A stretch of DNA of 64,000 nt from Mobula hypostoma (lineage: Eukaryota), in contig NC_086097.1 of the NCBI RefSeq assembly GCF_963921235.1, forward strand, positions 85,066,001-85,130,000. Direction: 5' to 3'. Position numbers and translations under genes: made by a program. Shown one piece after another: positions 24,051-35,509 of the stretch. Under the pieces are notes generated by a model. It was not told the origin of the DNA. It did not search any database and was given only the letters and a program-made list of their open reading frames with translations. Each line of letters begins with the position of its first letter. Position 1 is the first letter of the stretch.

Positions 24051-26606
24051 GCACCTCTTCCTATAGATGCTGCTTGGCCTGCTGCGTTCACCAGCAACTT
24101 TCATGTATGTTCCCTCATGATTTTATACAGCTTTACAAGATTACCCCTCAGTCTGCTATGTTCCAGGGAATAAAGTCCTAGCCTGCCCAACCTCTCCCTG
24201 TAATTCAGGCCTTTGGATCCTTGCAGCATTCACATAATTTGTTTCTGCTTTTTTTTTCAGTTTAACGATGCCTTTGCTCTAAAAGAGTGACCAAAATTGT
24301 GCACAATTCTCCAAATGCCTTGTACAATTTCAACAGAACATCGCAACTCCTATACTCAATGACTTTGAAGGCCAGCATGCCTTCTTTACCACCCTATCCA
24401 TCTGTGATACCACTTTCAGAGAATTATGTACTTGTGTTCCTAAGTCCCACTGTTCCATAACAACAGGTGCATAGCTATTCACAATATACCAATGAGAGTC
24501 ACTCACATAATAGATATGTTGTTGATGAGCTTGAAGGTTAAACATCCCATATTTGCAGAACAAATTCTGAAGCAAGGTGACTTGCAGCACAGAGTGGGTT
24601 TCCACCTTTCCTTCCATGAATGAGTCATGGGTGAATGATGTCAGTATGTGTTCACTGCTTAAGTGTCTGCCTTAGAGTGCATCACACCTGAAGGGCAAAA
24701 GCCCAGAATTTACTGGATAAGGTATTAATAACAATCTCAGTTCACTGCACTCATGCTCCAACAGAATATTTTGAATAATGCTTGAATACGATTGGTCATC
24801 TCTCCGATAGAGAATTCAAAATGCAAGGACCTCGCTGGCTGATTGGGAGAAGCCTTCAGAAAGTGATTAATCCGATGGTCATGTCTGCAGTTGGGAACAG
24901 ATTATTGTATTAAATTAATAACTTTGTTGCTGCATATAATCCCAGTAGGACTTTATGAGTACTGAGAAGAACAAGGGAAATAATGGATTATAGTTGAAGA
25001 TGTCACTGCTGCTGACTGACATACTAATTTGTAGTGTACACCTACACAAGGTTAATTAAAAAACTATGCTATAAAGAATGCCCCAATATTTACTAGAACT
25101 CAGGCAAGAATGAGAAGTTCTGGTCTGGACTCTGGTACCAGAGTTAATTCTTTGGCTAAACCTTTGACCATGTACCTCAATCTCTCCATATGTGGCTTAG
25201 TCCCATCTTGACTGTGTATCTGTGTACCCCATTGCAGCAACAAAGGTTTTGTTTAAACTAGTGGGTTTCTTTTTGTCGGTATCCAGGGATGATATGAAGG
25301 GAAAAACTTAGTTCTGTTTGGACCGAGTCTGATTCTGCAGGCAGTTCTAGCCTTGAAGAATTATCACAAGCAAAGCAGTGTGGCCTCTGTCAGATCTGTT
25401 GTTGAATTTTGCAAGAGCAGCTGACCTCATTAACTGCAGGTCCCCTGCGAAGAGATTTTGTGTGGATTTTGCGTGCAGTTTTATATGTCATTTAATGTCC
25501 CACGGTGGCAAGGCTAGGGACTTTTAACGAATAGAATTTTATGGAATGTAAACACCCTGCACAGATACTCAATTAAAGCTAAGTAACTTCTTTGAGACTA
25601 TTGAAGTTAAAACTCTAAAATCCTAATGTTGGAAATATTTTGAAACTTGAATCAGGAAGCCTTCAGCTAGTGTCAGCAGGTAATTTCTTCAAGAGCAGGA
25701 AAAAATTGTTCTGAGCTTCAAGCTCGAGAGAGGTACACACTTGATATGAAAATCCTGAGCCAGTCAACCTGTTTCATTATTCTTTCTAATTTTATAGAAT
25801 TATCATTTGGGAGCTGCTCATTTGCCACCAAAGCATGAAAATAAAAAAAAAACTGCAGATGTTGGAAATCTGAAATAAAAGCAGAAAATGCTGGAAGCAC
25901 AAAGCAGGTCAGGCAGTATCTGTGGAAAATTAACATTTCCAGCCTGGGACCCTTCGACAAAACAGGGAAGGAAAGAAAGAAGGTTGATTAGACAGCAGGG
26001 AAAGTTGGGGGAGGATGAGCAAAGGAATGGAGGGAATTTCTCTGAAAGGGTGAAATAATGTGGCATTTAATGGGTAATTAAGTTCCTTTGTCTGTATGAT
26101 GTGCTGCTAGTGTTCAAAGAACATTTATTATCAAAGTATGTATAATTGTATAACCTTGAGATTTGTCTGCTTACGGGCAGCCACAAAACCTGAAAGAACC
26201 TGTTGTGCTGTGTATAGTCTGTGCAACCTGGACATGGCCAGCAGGCTAAAATACTGAAGTGAAGAATTTTTTTTTTGTAAATGGTGGGAGGGGAGGAGGC
26301 AAAAATGACCAGTCCTAATACATTTAGAAAGGAAGAATTAATTTATTTCAAGTTGGCGAATTCTTTATTGAGCCCCGTTCACCATACCTAGGCTGCTGAA
26401 TGTTTTGGGAACTGTAGACTTCACCCTGCCTTACTTTCATGAGGTTATTAGTTCACCAAACTTTTCCACAGTAAATCGAGTGGCGGGTGAATTTAGAGAG
26501 ACTGCCTCCTCTTTCCATTAAGCCCCTGGGGAAGATCCTGTGCTGATGTACAGTATCAGAATTGATGATGAGGCAAGCAGACATAAACTAACCCCCAAGG
26601 ATTAAT

Positions 26607-28893
26607 GCAACACACATCAAAGTTGCTGGTGAACGCAGCAGGCCAGGCAGCATCTCTAGGAAGAGGTACAGTCGACATTTCAGGCCGAGACCCTTCGGCA
26701 GGACTAACTGAAGGAAGAGTTAGTAAGAGATTTGAAAGTTGGAGGGGGAGGGGGAGATCCAAAATGATAGGAGAAGACAGGAGGGGGAGGGATGGAGCCA
26801 AGAGCTGGACAGGTGATTGGCAAAAGGGATACGAGTGGATCATGGGACAGGAGGTCCGGGAAGAAAGACAAGAGGGGGGAACCCAGAGGATGGGCAAGGG
26901 GTATATTCAGAGGGACAGAGGGAGAAAAAGGAGAGTGAGAGAAAGAATGTGTATATAAAAATAAAAAACAGATGGGGTACGAGGGGGAGGTGGGGCATTA
27001 GCGGAAGTTAGAGAAGTCGATGTTCATGCCATCAGGTTGGAGGCTACCCAGACGGAATATAAGGTGTTGTTCCTCCAACCTGAGTGTGGCTTCATCTTTA
27101 CAGTAGAGGAGGCCGTGGATAGACATGTTAGAATGGGAATGGGATGTGGAATTAAAATGTGTGGCCACTGGGAGATCCTGCTTTCTCTGGCGGACAGAGC
27201 GTAGGTGTTCAGCAAAGCCGTCTCCAAGTCTGCGTCGGGTCTCGCCAATATATAAAAGGCCACATTGGGAGCACCAGACGCAGTATATCACCCCAGCCGA
27301 CTCACAGGTGAAGTGTCGCCTCAGCTGGAAGGACTGTCTGGGGCCCTGAATGGTGGTAAGGGAGGAAGTGTAAGGGCATGTGTAGCACTTGTTCCGCTTA
27401 CAAGGATAAGTGCCAGGAGGGAGATTGGTGGGGAGTGATGGGGGGGGGGACGAATGGACAAGGGAGTCGCGTAAGGAGCGATCCCTGCGGAAAGCGGGGG
27501 GGGGAGGGAAAGATGTGCTTAGTGGTGGGATCCCGTTGGAGGTGGCGGAAGTTACGGAGAATAATATGTTGGACCCGGAGGCTGGTGGGGTGGTAAGTGA
27601 GGACCAGGGGAACCCTATTCCTAGTGGAGTGGCGGGAGGATGGAGTGAGAGCTGATGTACGTGAAATGGGGGAGATGCGTTTAAGAGCAGAGTTGATAGT
27701 GGAAGAAGGGAAGCCTCTTTCTTTAAAAAAGGAGGACATCTCCCTCGTCCTAGAATGAAAAGCCTCATCCTGAGAGCAGATGCGGCAGAGACGGAGGAAT
27801 TGCGAGAAGGGGATGGCGTTTTTGCAAGAGACAGGGTGAGAAGAGGAATAGTCCAGGTAGCTGTGAGAGTCAGTAGGCTTATAGTAGACATCAGTAGATA
27901 AGCTGTCTCCAGAGATGGAGACAGAAAGATCTAGAAAGGGGAGGGAGGTGTCGGAAATGGACCAGGTAAACTTGAGGGCAGGGTGAAAGTTGGAGGCAAA
28001 GTTAATAAAGTCAACGAGCTCAGCATGCGTGCAGGAAGCAGCGCCAATGCAGTCGTCGATGTAGCGAAGGAAAAGTGGGGGACAGATACCAGAATAGGTA
28101 CGGAACATAGATTGTTCCACAAACCCAACAAAAAGGCAGGCATAGCTAGGACCCATACGGGTGCCCATAGCTACACCTTTAATTTGGAGGAAGTGGGAGG
28201 AGCCAAAGGAGAAATTATTAAGAGTAAGGACTAATTCCGCTAGACGGAGCAGAGTGGTGGTAGAGGGGAACTGATTAGGTCTGGAATCCAAAAAGAAGCG
28301 TACAGCTTCTTTTCCCATTCCCATTCTGACATGTCTATCCACAGCCTCCTCTACTGTAAAGATGAAGCCACACTCAGGTTGGAGGAACAACACCTTATAT
28401 TCCGTCTGGGTAGCCTCCAACCTGATGGCATGAACATCGACTTCTCTAACTTCCGCTAAGGCCCCACCTCCCCCTCGTACCCCATCTGTTACTTATTTTT
28501 ATACACACATTCTTTCTCTCACTCTCCTTTTTCTCCCTCTGTCCCTCTGAATATACCCCTTGCCCATCCTCTGGGTCCCCCCCCCCTTGTCTTTCTTCCC
28601 GGACCTCCTGTCCCATGATCCTCTCGTATCCCTTTTGTGAATCACTTGTCCAGCTCTTGGCTCTATCCCTCCCCCTCCTGTCTTCTCCTATCATTTTGGA
28701 TCTCCCCCTCCCCCTCCAACTTTCAAATCTCTTACTAACTCTTCCTTCAGTTAGTCCTGACGAAGGGTCTCGACCTGAAACGTCGACTGTACCTCTTCCT
28801 AGAGATGCTGCCTGGCCTGCTGCATTCACCAGCAACTTTGATGTGTGTTGCTTGAATTTCCAGCATCTGCAGAATTCCTGTTGTTTGCATTGT
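26607..28893 (-). mobile_element. Young Penelope-like element with inverted 5' segment
   Basis: Minus-strand body 26607-~28308 (GVAMGTRMGPSYA, RYIDD, GIY-YIG; one frameshift at the G-run ~27496-27504) fused to a plus-strand copy of the 3' end ~28312-28890; flanked by CCCCAAGGATTAAT (26593-26606) / CCCTAAGGATTAAT (28894-28907). Confidence 0.95.
28753..28788 (+). ncRNA. minimal type I hammerhead ribozyme motif
   Basis: AGTC-CTGACGA-AGGgtctcgaCCT-GAAA-C-GTC-GACT; intact core. Confidence 0.75.
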
Positions 28894-29672
28894 CCCTAAG
28901 GATTAATACCCAGCCAGTTCCCAGTGTTTCCAGATGAACTGGCAGCTGGCGCCTGCCGTATCTCCACAGCCGCCACAGTGGATTCCAGCTTCCTGCCTGA
29001 CAGGTAGCTCTCAGGAGCTGACGGTTCCAGGGCAGTTCAGTTTTGAGTTGCGAAGAGCTGGGTGTCAAAGTGCAGGTTGTGTTTAGCTGAACCACTGAAG
29101 GAAGCTGATAAAAGATGGCCAGGTGACATCTCCTCTGTCATTGCTGACATTTTTTTTCTGGGGAGGTCCTTCAAAAGCTTCCAATTAAGAGTATTCATTG
29201 ATTGTACCCTCATAACTGCAGGATTTGTGGCTTTAGTCACAGTGGTTTCCCAGAGTGATTGATCACATTATGTTCAATTAGTTTTTTTGTGTTTTTACAT
29301 CTTGTGATGTCACTTCCTGGTAGTCCAGTGGCACCACTTCTTCACGTGCATGTGGTAGACTGATTCTTCATTGAGTAGAGACCCAATTCACGGAAAGGAA
29401 TTTAGCATTGCATATTATAGCTAAGGGAACTATAACGTTTGGTAAATGTGGGGGGTCACATGGAGTACAGCCAGCTGCAAGATGGAGTAACATCCTTGTT
29501 GATCCAGTTTAGCAGATCCATGAAATGTTATTGGTGGACATTGGTCCTTGGTCCTCCTCTGCATCAAAGAGGGCAGCAGTGCCTCCTCTTGTGTTGCTGT
29601 ATTGTTATGTTAATGTTGTATTATATTATTATATTTCATTTTGCAAGCATCTCTTTAAGGGTACTGCACATA

Positions 29673-29738
29673 CAGTACTGTTAAAAGTCCTAGGCATATA
29701 TATGTAGCTAGGGTGCCTAAGACTTTTGCACAGTACTG
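29673..29738. mobile_element. 66 bp Tc1/mariner-type mini-MITE
   Basis: TA|CAGTACTGTTAAAAGTCCTAGGCA ... TGCCTAAGACTTTTGCACAGTACTG|TA: TIRs with TA on both sides. Confidence 0.75.
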
Positions 29739-30561
29739 TATTTGTTAAAGTGGAGCAGAGAGTGAGTTTGTAAATCTGGCGGGATCAAAGGATGTTGGGA
29801 ATGACAGGAGTGGAGCGCTCTGGGATTGGCAGAGGAGGAGCACCAGGGGCAGAGGATGGTGCTGGTAATGACACACTCAGCCCTGAGACACCAGGCAAGG
29901 TCATTTGATTCCAAACAAATGTTTCTTTGATCATTACAGAATGTCTCTCCGATGCATCCCACTCCCTCCCCTGTCCCTGCCCCCTTCCCACTCTCAGTCC
30001 ATAACAGAGACCCACATCAGAATCAGGTTTATTATCACTCACAGATGTCATGAAATTTGTTTTTCTTGCGACAGTAATACAGTACAAAACATAAAATTAC
30101 GACGGTACTGGACATGCCCAGTATTATGGAAATGGCAATAAAGAAAGCAGTTATGTTTCTACCCTGCTCAGCGCTGTGCTATCAATTCCCTGCATGGCGT
30201 ATATCAAATGGTCTTATTTGGTGCGAATTGCTGAAAGATTCACCAAAAGAAGTTTGGCATTGCTTGTGATGCCCTTGTAGACCAGTGTATAATCAGGATC
30301 AGTAGGAGGCCACGTGGAGCATGGCCTACTGTGAAACACTAGAGCTTTTGAACAGGTGAGTCTTTGTAGCTCTAACACTAAAATAAAAACAGATGTACCT
30401 GTCTCACCTTGACAGTGCCTTTTAACCAGGAAGGGTGGCTGGCACTGGGGAGGTTACAGACGTGATTGTCAGACCTGGACACCCACTTGGAAGAAAGGAT
30501 TCTGGGGAAATTTCTTTGTATGGAAAGTTGTGAAAGGCTTAGATAGGTTAAACAGGAAGGA

Positions 30562-30663
30562 GCAACACACACAAAATGCTGGTGGAACGCAGGAGGCCAG
30601 GCAGCATCCATAGGAAGAAGCACAGTCGACGTTTCAGGCCGAGACCCTTCGTCAGGACTTGGT
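30562..30663 (-). mobile_element. ~100 bp PLE terminal fragment carrying only the hammerhead module
   Basis: Flanked by the 9 bp TSD CAGGAAGGA (30553-30561, 30664-30672); intact hammerhead motif at 30624-30659 (-). Confidence 0.8.
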
Positions 30664-32379
30664 CAGGAAGGATCTATTTCCCTTAGGAGTGTGGTTGTTA
30701 ACTAGTTTGCATAGATGTCAGTTAATTGGTAAAAAAGATTGGAGGAGGTTTGAAAAAAAAACAATGATTTAATTCAATAAGTGGTAGGTGTCTGCCTGAA
30801 AAACTGTTGGAAGGAGAAATCCTCACCTCATGTGAAGAACTCGAATTGCCAGAACCTGTAGGGTCGTGGATTCAAGTCAGTAGGCCAAGTTAACCCAATG
30901 TTTATTTTTGGCTAGCTTGGATATGAAGGGCAGAATGGCCTCCCTTAATGTTTTAAACTTCTCTGCTTTCTACATTTATGTAGGCACCATCTATGCTTAT
31001 TGTTAACCTATCTACAATGAAAATAAGCCACTTCTGTTCCTGGATTATGGTTTGTAGCTTTCTCAGATCATTATCATGACACTCCCCGACACTTCTGAGT
31101 CCAAAAGACATTGTCTTTTGTTGCATGATACTGTTCACATTTGGTATCTTCTCACTCTCTAATTTCCAAGCACATGATAAAAGTTGGCAATGAACAATAG
31201 GGAACAAATTCTGCTCCACCATTCCATCATGGCTGATTTTATTATCCCTCTCAACCTCACGGGAAAAAAAATGCTAAAGCCGGGAGTTAATGGAAAGGGT
31301 GAAAAGTGAAACTGCCAACCAATGGGTTTAAGGGAGATGTAATCAAGATATGATAATGGTGTTAAGGTACACATCGACCACCGATGTGTTTAAACACAGG
31401 GTTGATGGTCTGAATGGCCCAGTCCTGTTCCTGTGTTTGTAAGAGACAAAGGAATGTCAGGAAGTAAGATGATATGAAAGGGCAGTAATGAAATGCCACC
31501 GTTGATACTGTTCTGGCTATTAGGTGTTGGCGGAGCTGCTGGTACTAGCTGAGGAGATCCCCTGAGCGTCATGTGCATCTATTAATAGTGACAGGGGATT
31601 AAGGAGATGCTTGATAACATGTTGCAGCTGAAAGGAAAACTCCCAGTGGAATATTGCAATTTGGTAGAATGAGTTCTGCACAGGCAACCACTGCTCTTTC
31701 CTTAAGTGCACCGTGCTTTTATAGGCTGGTCTTATTTAACTACTTTTATACCAAGTATTGAATCCAGACTGTGGTGTCAAAGAGACAACAATTTCAGTCT
31801 CTTGGATTAACTACTTACTATAAACTTAACCATTTCCTCACCAGCTCTCACAATGCTCGGTTGAATTTTTGGTATCATGGGAGTACAAGGGACGGTTCAT
31901 ATTGCATGTGGAGGATATCGAGCTCAGTGGGAGCAGCCATCAAGAGAAATCTGCCTACATGCACATCAAACACATTCATGACTTGGAACAGGTTTCTTCA
32001 ATAGCTTCACCCATGCTGGCAGCTCCCAGTCTCCATCATGTTGTGCTGAAGGATGTTATGTTTGTCTAGCTGCAGCAGCCAGAGGAGGCGGCAGCTTCTC
32101 TGCAGGTTATTTTTCAGTCGAGAGCTTGCTCGTTCAGTTTTATTTTCTGTACGTATAAAAAGGAAGCAGGTTGTTTTTTTTTCTGTAGGAATGAAAAGGA
32201 AGCAGGCTGTAGTGGAGACCATTTTGGATTGACCATTTTTGGGAGTGGCCCTGTTTGAGCTTTAAGTGCCGTGGTTCAGAATGAGTGCTGAGGTTTTGGT
32301 TCAGGAGGCTGCAGAGAGAGGGGCTGAGTAAGTAGGTGCAGGTGAGGTTTTCCTTACTGTTACTGCTCCTATTTGCAAG

Positions 32380-33450
32380 CTCAGACTATCTAAGAATGAC
32401 TTTGAATTCAATGATTAATTTTACCTATAAGTCAGAGGCATGACGATGAGAAAGGAATTTGCCCCAGCCTATGCTAACACATACATGGCAAAGTGGGAAG
32501 AGACAGCGTTCCCTAAGTGCCCCAGGAAACCTATGTGGCTCTCTACAAGTACCTGGATTACATCTGGGGGGTGTGGACGCACTCTGAGATAGACTCTAAA
32601 TTCTGAATCCTCATCACCTCGCCATAGAAGTTAAGGCCACAACAAGAAGGGAGAAAATTGTATTGAAATTAGCACCAGAAAATGGGAGTCAGAAGCTAAA
32701 GTGTTTTTCAAAACTATAGACACTCAGGGAGGAGGACTGCAAACAGGCCATTACAATCCTCTTCAATGCACTTAGACGGAGAGGCTACAACAGATGGAAG
32801 TTCAGGCCCATCAAATCAGACTTCTTGAAAGGCCTCACAAATCCCATACCACAGACCAGGGCAGCACCTAGGTTACAGTTGATAACGGGATACAGTGGGA
32901 TGGCAGTCAGTATCCGTGCAGAAATCAAAACCTGCTTTGAGCAATTTACTGAGGTAGACTCACTGAGTCAGTACATTATAGTGTCAGCTTTTAAGAGTGA
33001 AAAACTTGAGAGGCATACTAGGCAGTACCAAATTAAAAATAGCCCCAAACTGTTGGGGGTGGTGGTGGTGGTGGTGGAAGAAAGAGTAGGGCATGTGAAT
33101 GCTTAAGAGTGTCAAAAACCATACACAACATTGGTACTGGTATGTGGGCCCAGTTAAAGCAGAGGATAACTTGTGAATATCAGAGCTTAGTGTACACAAT
33201 TCAGTGCAAACAATGCCATAATTACTTTAAATAGGGGAGACAGATGACAGCTTTAGACTCAGGCTCACAGGTCACCTTAGTAACACTACAAGAGAAGACC
33301 AGAATATTTCCAGCAGCATGGGATCCAAACTTTGGAGATCGTTGGCCTGGAAACGAATGTGAACTGATCAAACCTTCAAAGAAAAAGAGCAGAGAGGAAA
33401 TGGATTGAAACATTACAAACCTCTTCCCAACTAAGCCTAATAACTAGGTC
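32380..33450 (+). mobile_element. Decayed Penelope-like element of a second, divergent family
   Basis: Broken frames read NDFEFN..FYL.VRG..M..EFAPAYAN.YMAKWEE, YLDYIWGVW, FFKT.DT and ERKWIETLQT, i.e. PLE RT and GIY-YIG motifs unlike the young family. Confidence 0.7.
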
Positions 33451-34289
33451 TAAAAACTACTGATTGCATCTGTAAAATTCGAGCATTAAGAATAGGGCCA
33501 TATGTTCCTTGTTAATATAACCCAGACTGGGAACGCTCCCACATACCCAGGTACAAGATAGACCCCAGAAAAACTACACAAGGCAGGGGAGGTATGTCCG
33601 CTTTGAACTCACATGCACCCCTTTACATCCCTCACTACAGATCATCTAATACAGACCAAATCACATCACAGCCCACTCCATCCCGCAGGTAGATGTTTGG
33701 TAATATGGTGCTCCAGGGCACTTGCTCCCCAAGCAGGCCAGGCAAAAACCCTCTCTGCCAGCTCCCTCTCTTCTTTCAGTAGCCCCCCTCCTCTGCCAGC
33801 CCCGTCCCTCCACCAAACTCTTCTCCTGTGCAAACCCCTCTCCCCACCAAACTCTCTCTTTCAGCCCCCTCTCTCCAACATGCCCTCACCTCCATTGCCT
33901 GACTGTACCCCGAATCCTAACTACATCCCGCAGTGCAGAGCACACCCATTCACCCTGACCAACACTGAGCATCCAAGCACCTCCTGTCCCACTGCTTTCC
34001 CACAAACGCACAATTAAAGACAACCCCTCCCCCGCAGCCCTAATCCTCTGGCCCACTTGACCTCCAACTAGCACACATAAGCATACAGCAATACCTGGGA
34101 CCCCCTCCCACTCCTGGTAAGATATACGATTCATAAAGATGGATTCCAAGTAAAGACAAGTGGAGTGGAATGAGGTTAATGAAGGGGTGGACCACTCCAA
34201 AGTGGCAGGGTCCATTGACCTTGAATCTCCAGTAACGAGAGCAACAGATGCAGGGGGGCAGCTGTGATGTCAGTTAGAGCTGTGATAAT

Positions 34290-34835
34290 TATCCCTGGAT
34301 TACTCCCAGTGCCATACGCTAGTTAGCTCAGGAATAGAAAGATGAAACAGATGAACATGTGGCTGAGGAGAGGGTGTGTGGGTGGCAGAGTTTCTGGCTA
34401 TTGAATCTTTGCAACTTCCTCTGGGCTAGGAGTAGGCCAGGGATGGGCTGCACTTTAACTGGAGGGAAGCCAATATCCTGTCTGGGAGGTTTGCTAGTGC
34501 TACTTGGGAGGGTTTAAACTACTTTGGCAGGAGGTGTGAACCAAGGCACCAGGTCAGAAAGTGGAGAGACTGAGAGAAAGTTAGATATCATGTCAAGTAA
34601 GAACGGACAGGAGCAAGGTAATAACACAATGGGCTAGATGGGTTGAAATGTGTTTAATTTACTGCTAGGAGTATTATGGGTAAGAGTGATAAACATAGAT
34701 CATGGATCAGTACATTGAACTATGGTGTTGCGGTCACAATGAAGACGTGGTTGATGGAGGGACAGGAATGGATGCTCACTGGTGTTGCGGTCACAATGAA
34801 GACGTGGTTGATGGAGGGACAGGAATGGATGCTCA
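34290..34835 (+). mobile_element. Older CR1 ORF1-end/ORF2-start fragment
   Basis: Homologous to 36410-36915 (GLLPVP, MNMWLRR, DGLHFN, LSGRFA...GLN*, ARSIMGK, WISTLNY). Confidence 0.75.
34723..34835 (+). repeat. Perfect 56-57 bp tandem duplication
   Basis: tggtgttgcggtcacaatgaagacgtggttgatggagggacaggaatggatgctca occurs twice head-to-tail (34723, 34780). Confidence 0.95.
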
Positions 34836-35509
34836 ATTCAATTCAATTCAAGTTTAATTGTCGTTCAACCATACAGGGATCCTCACAAATACAGCTGAAC
34901 AAAACAGCTTTACTCTGGGGTCAAGATGCAAAACACAGTACCCACAGTCATACACAGCACAAAGCACGCACAAGATAGCAAGCACAAGTGGTATCGCAAC
35001 CACACAATAAGAGAGACCCAAAAACTCACACCATCAATCCACAGTTGCCCCCAGTAGAGCCCCACTGGGGGTGGCAGCACCGACTCCAGGGTAGAGTGAT
35101 GGGTGCCCGGAATGAACAGAGGTGGTGATGGAGAAAAATATGTTAGTGGTGTTCAAGAGGCTCTTACATGAACATGGAGGAAATGGAAAGATATGCGCAT
35201 TGTGTGGATAGAAGGGCATTTGATTATTAATTTAATTAGCTTGGCACTACATCATGGGGTGAAGGGGTTATTCCTGCGCTGTACTTTGTCCTTTGTGCTT
35301 TGTTCCATGGGAGTGAAAGATTTACAAGACCTTGTGGATTTTACCGAGCTTGGAATGCATGACTTGTTTGAAATCCATGACCTAGGAGTTGGCATTGGCT
35401 GAGTCAGGATATGAGCTAGCACATGATTAGTGAACACATAACCCAACGAGTTTACCATCAAATTGATACATAGTACTGAGTCATTTATTCCATAGACAGC
35501 CAGTCAGCC

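Larger units (their letters stand above)
22571..24111 (+). mobile_element. Young 5'-truncated Penelope-like element (RT + GIY-YIG), inserted into a CR1 fragment
   Basis: 13 bp TSD CCCTCATGATTTT at 22550-22562 and 24112-24124; the flanks rejoin into a CR1 RGDLI.VYKIMRG-type segment on the minus strand. Confidence 0.95.

Noticed and set aside
27398..28420. 340 aa ORF as an intact novel RT protein with a unique N-terminus
   Set aside because: The first ~37 residues are antisense read-through of the inverted arm, and the C-terminus is out of frame after the G-run frameshift; it is a truncated PLE.
33613..34017. Pro/Ser-rich 134 aa ORF
   Set aside because: Low-complexity C-rich tract downstream of a decayed PLE; the composition explains the open frame.
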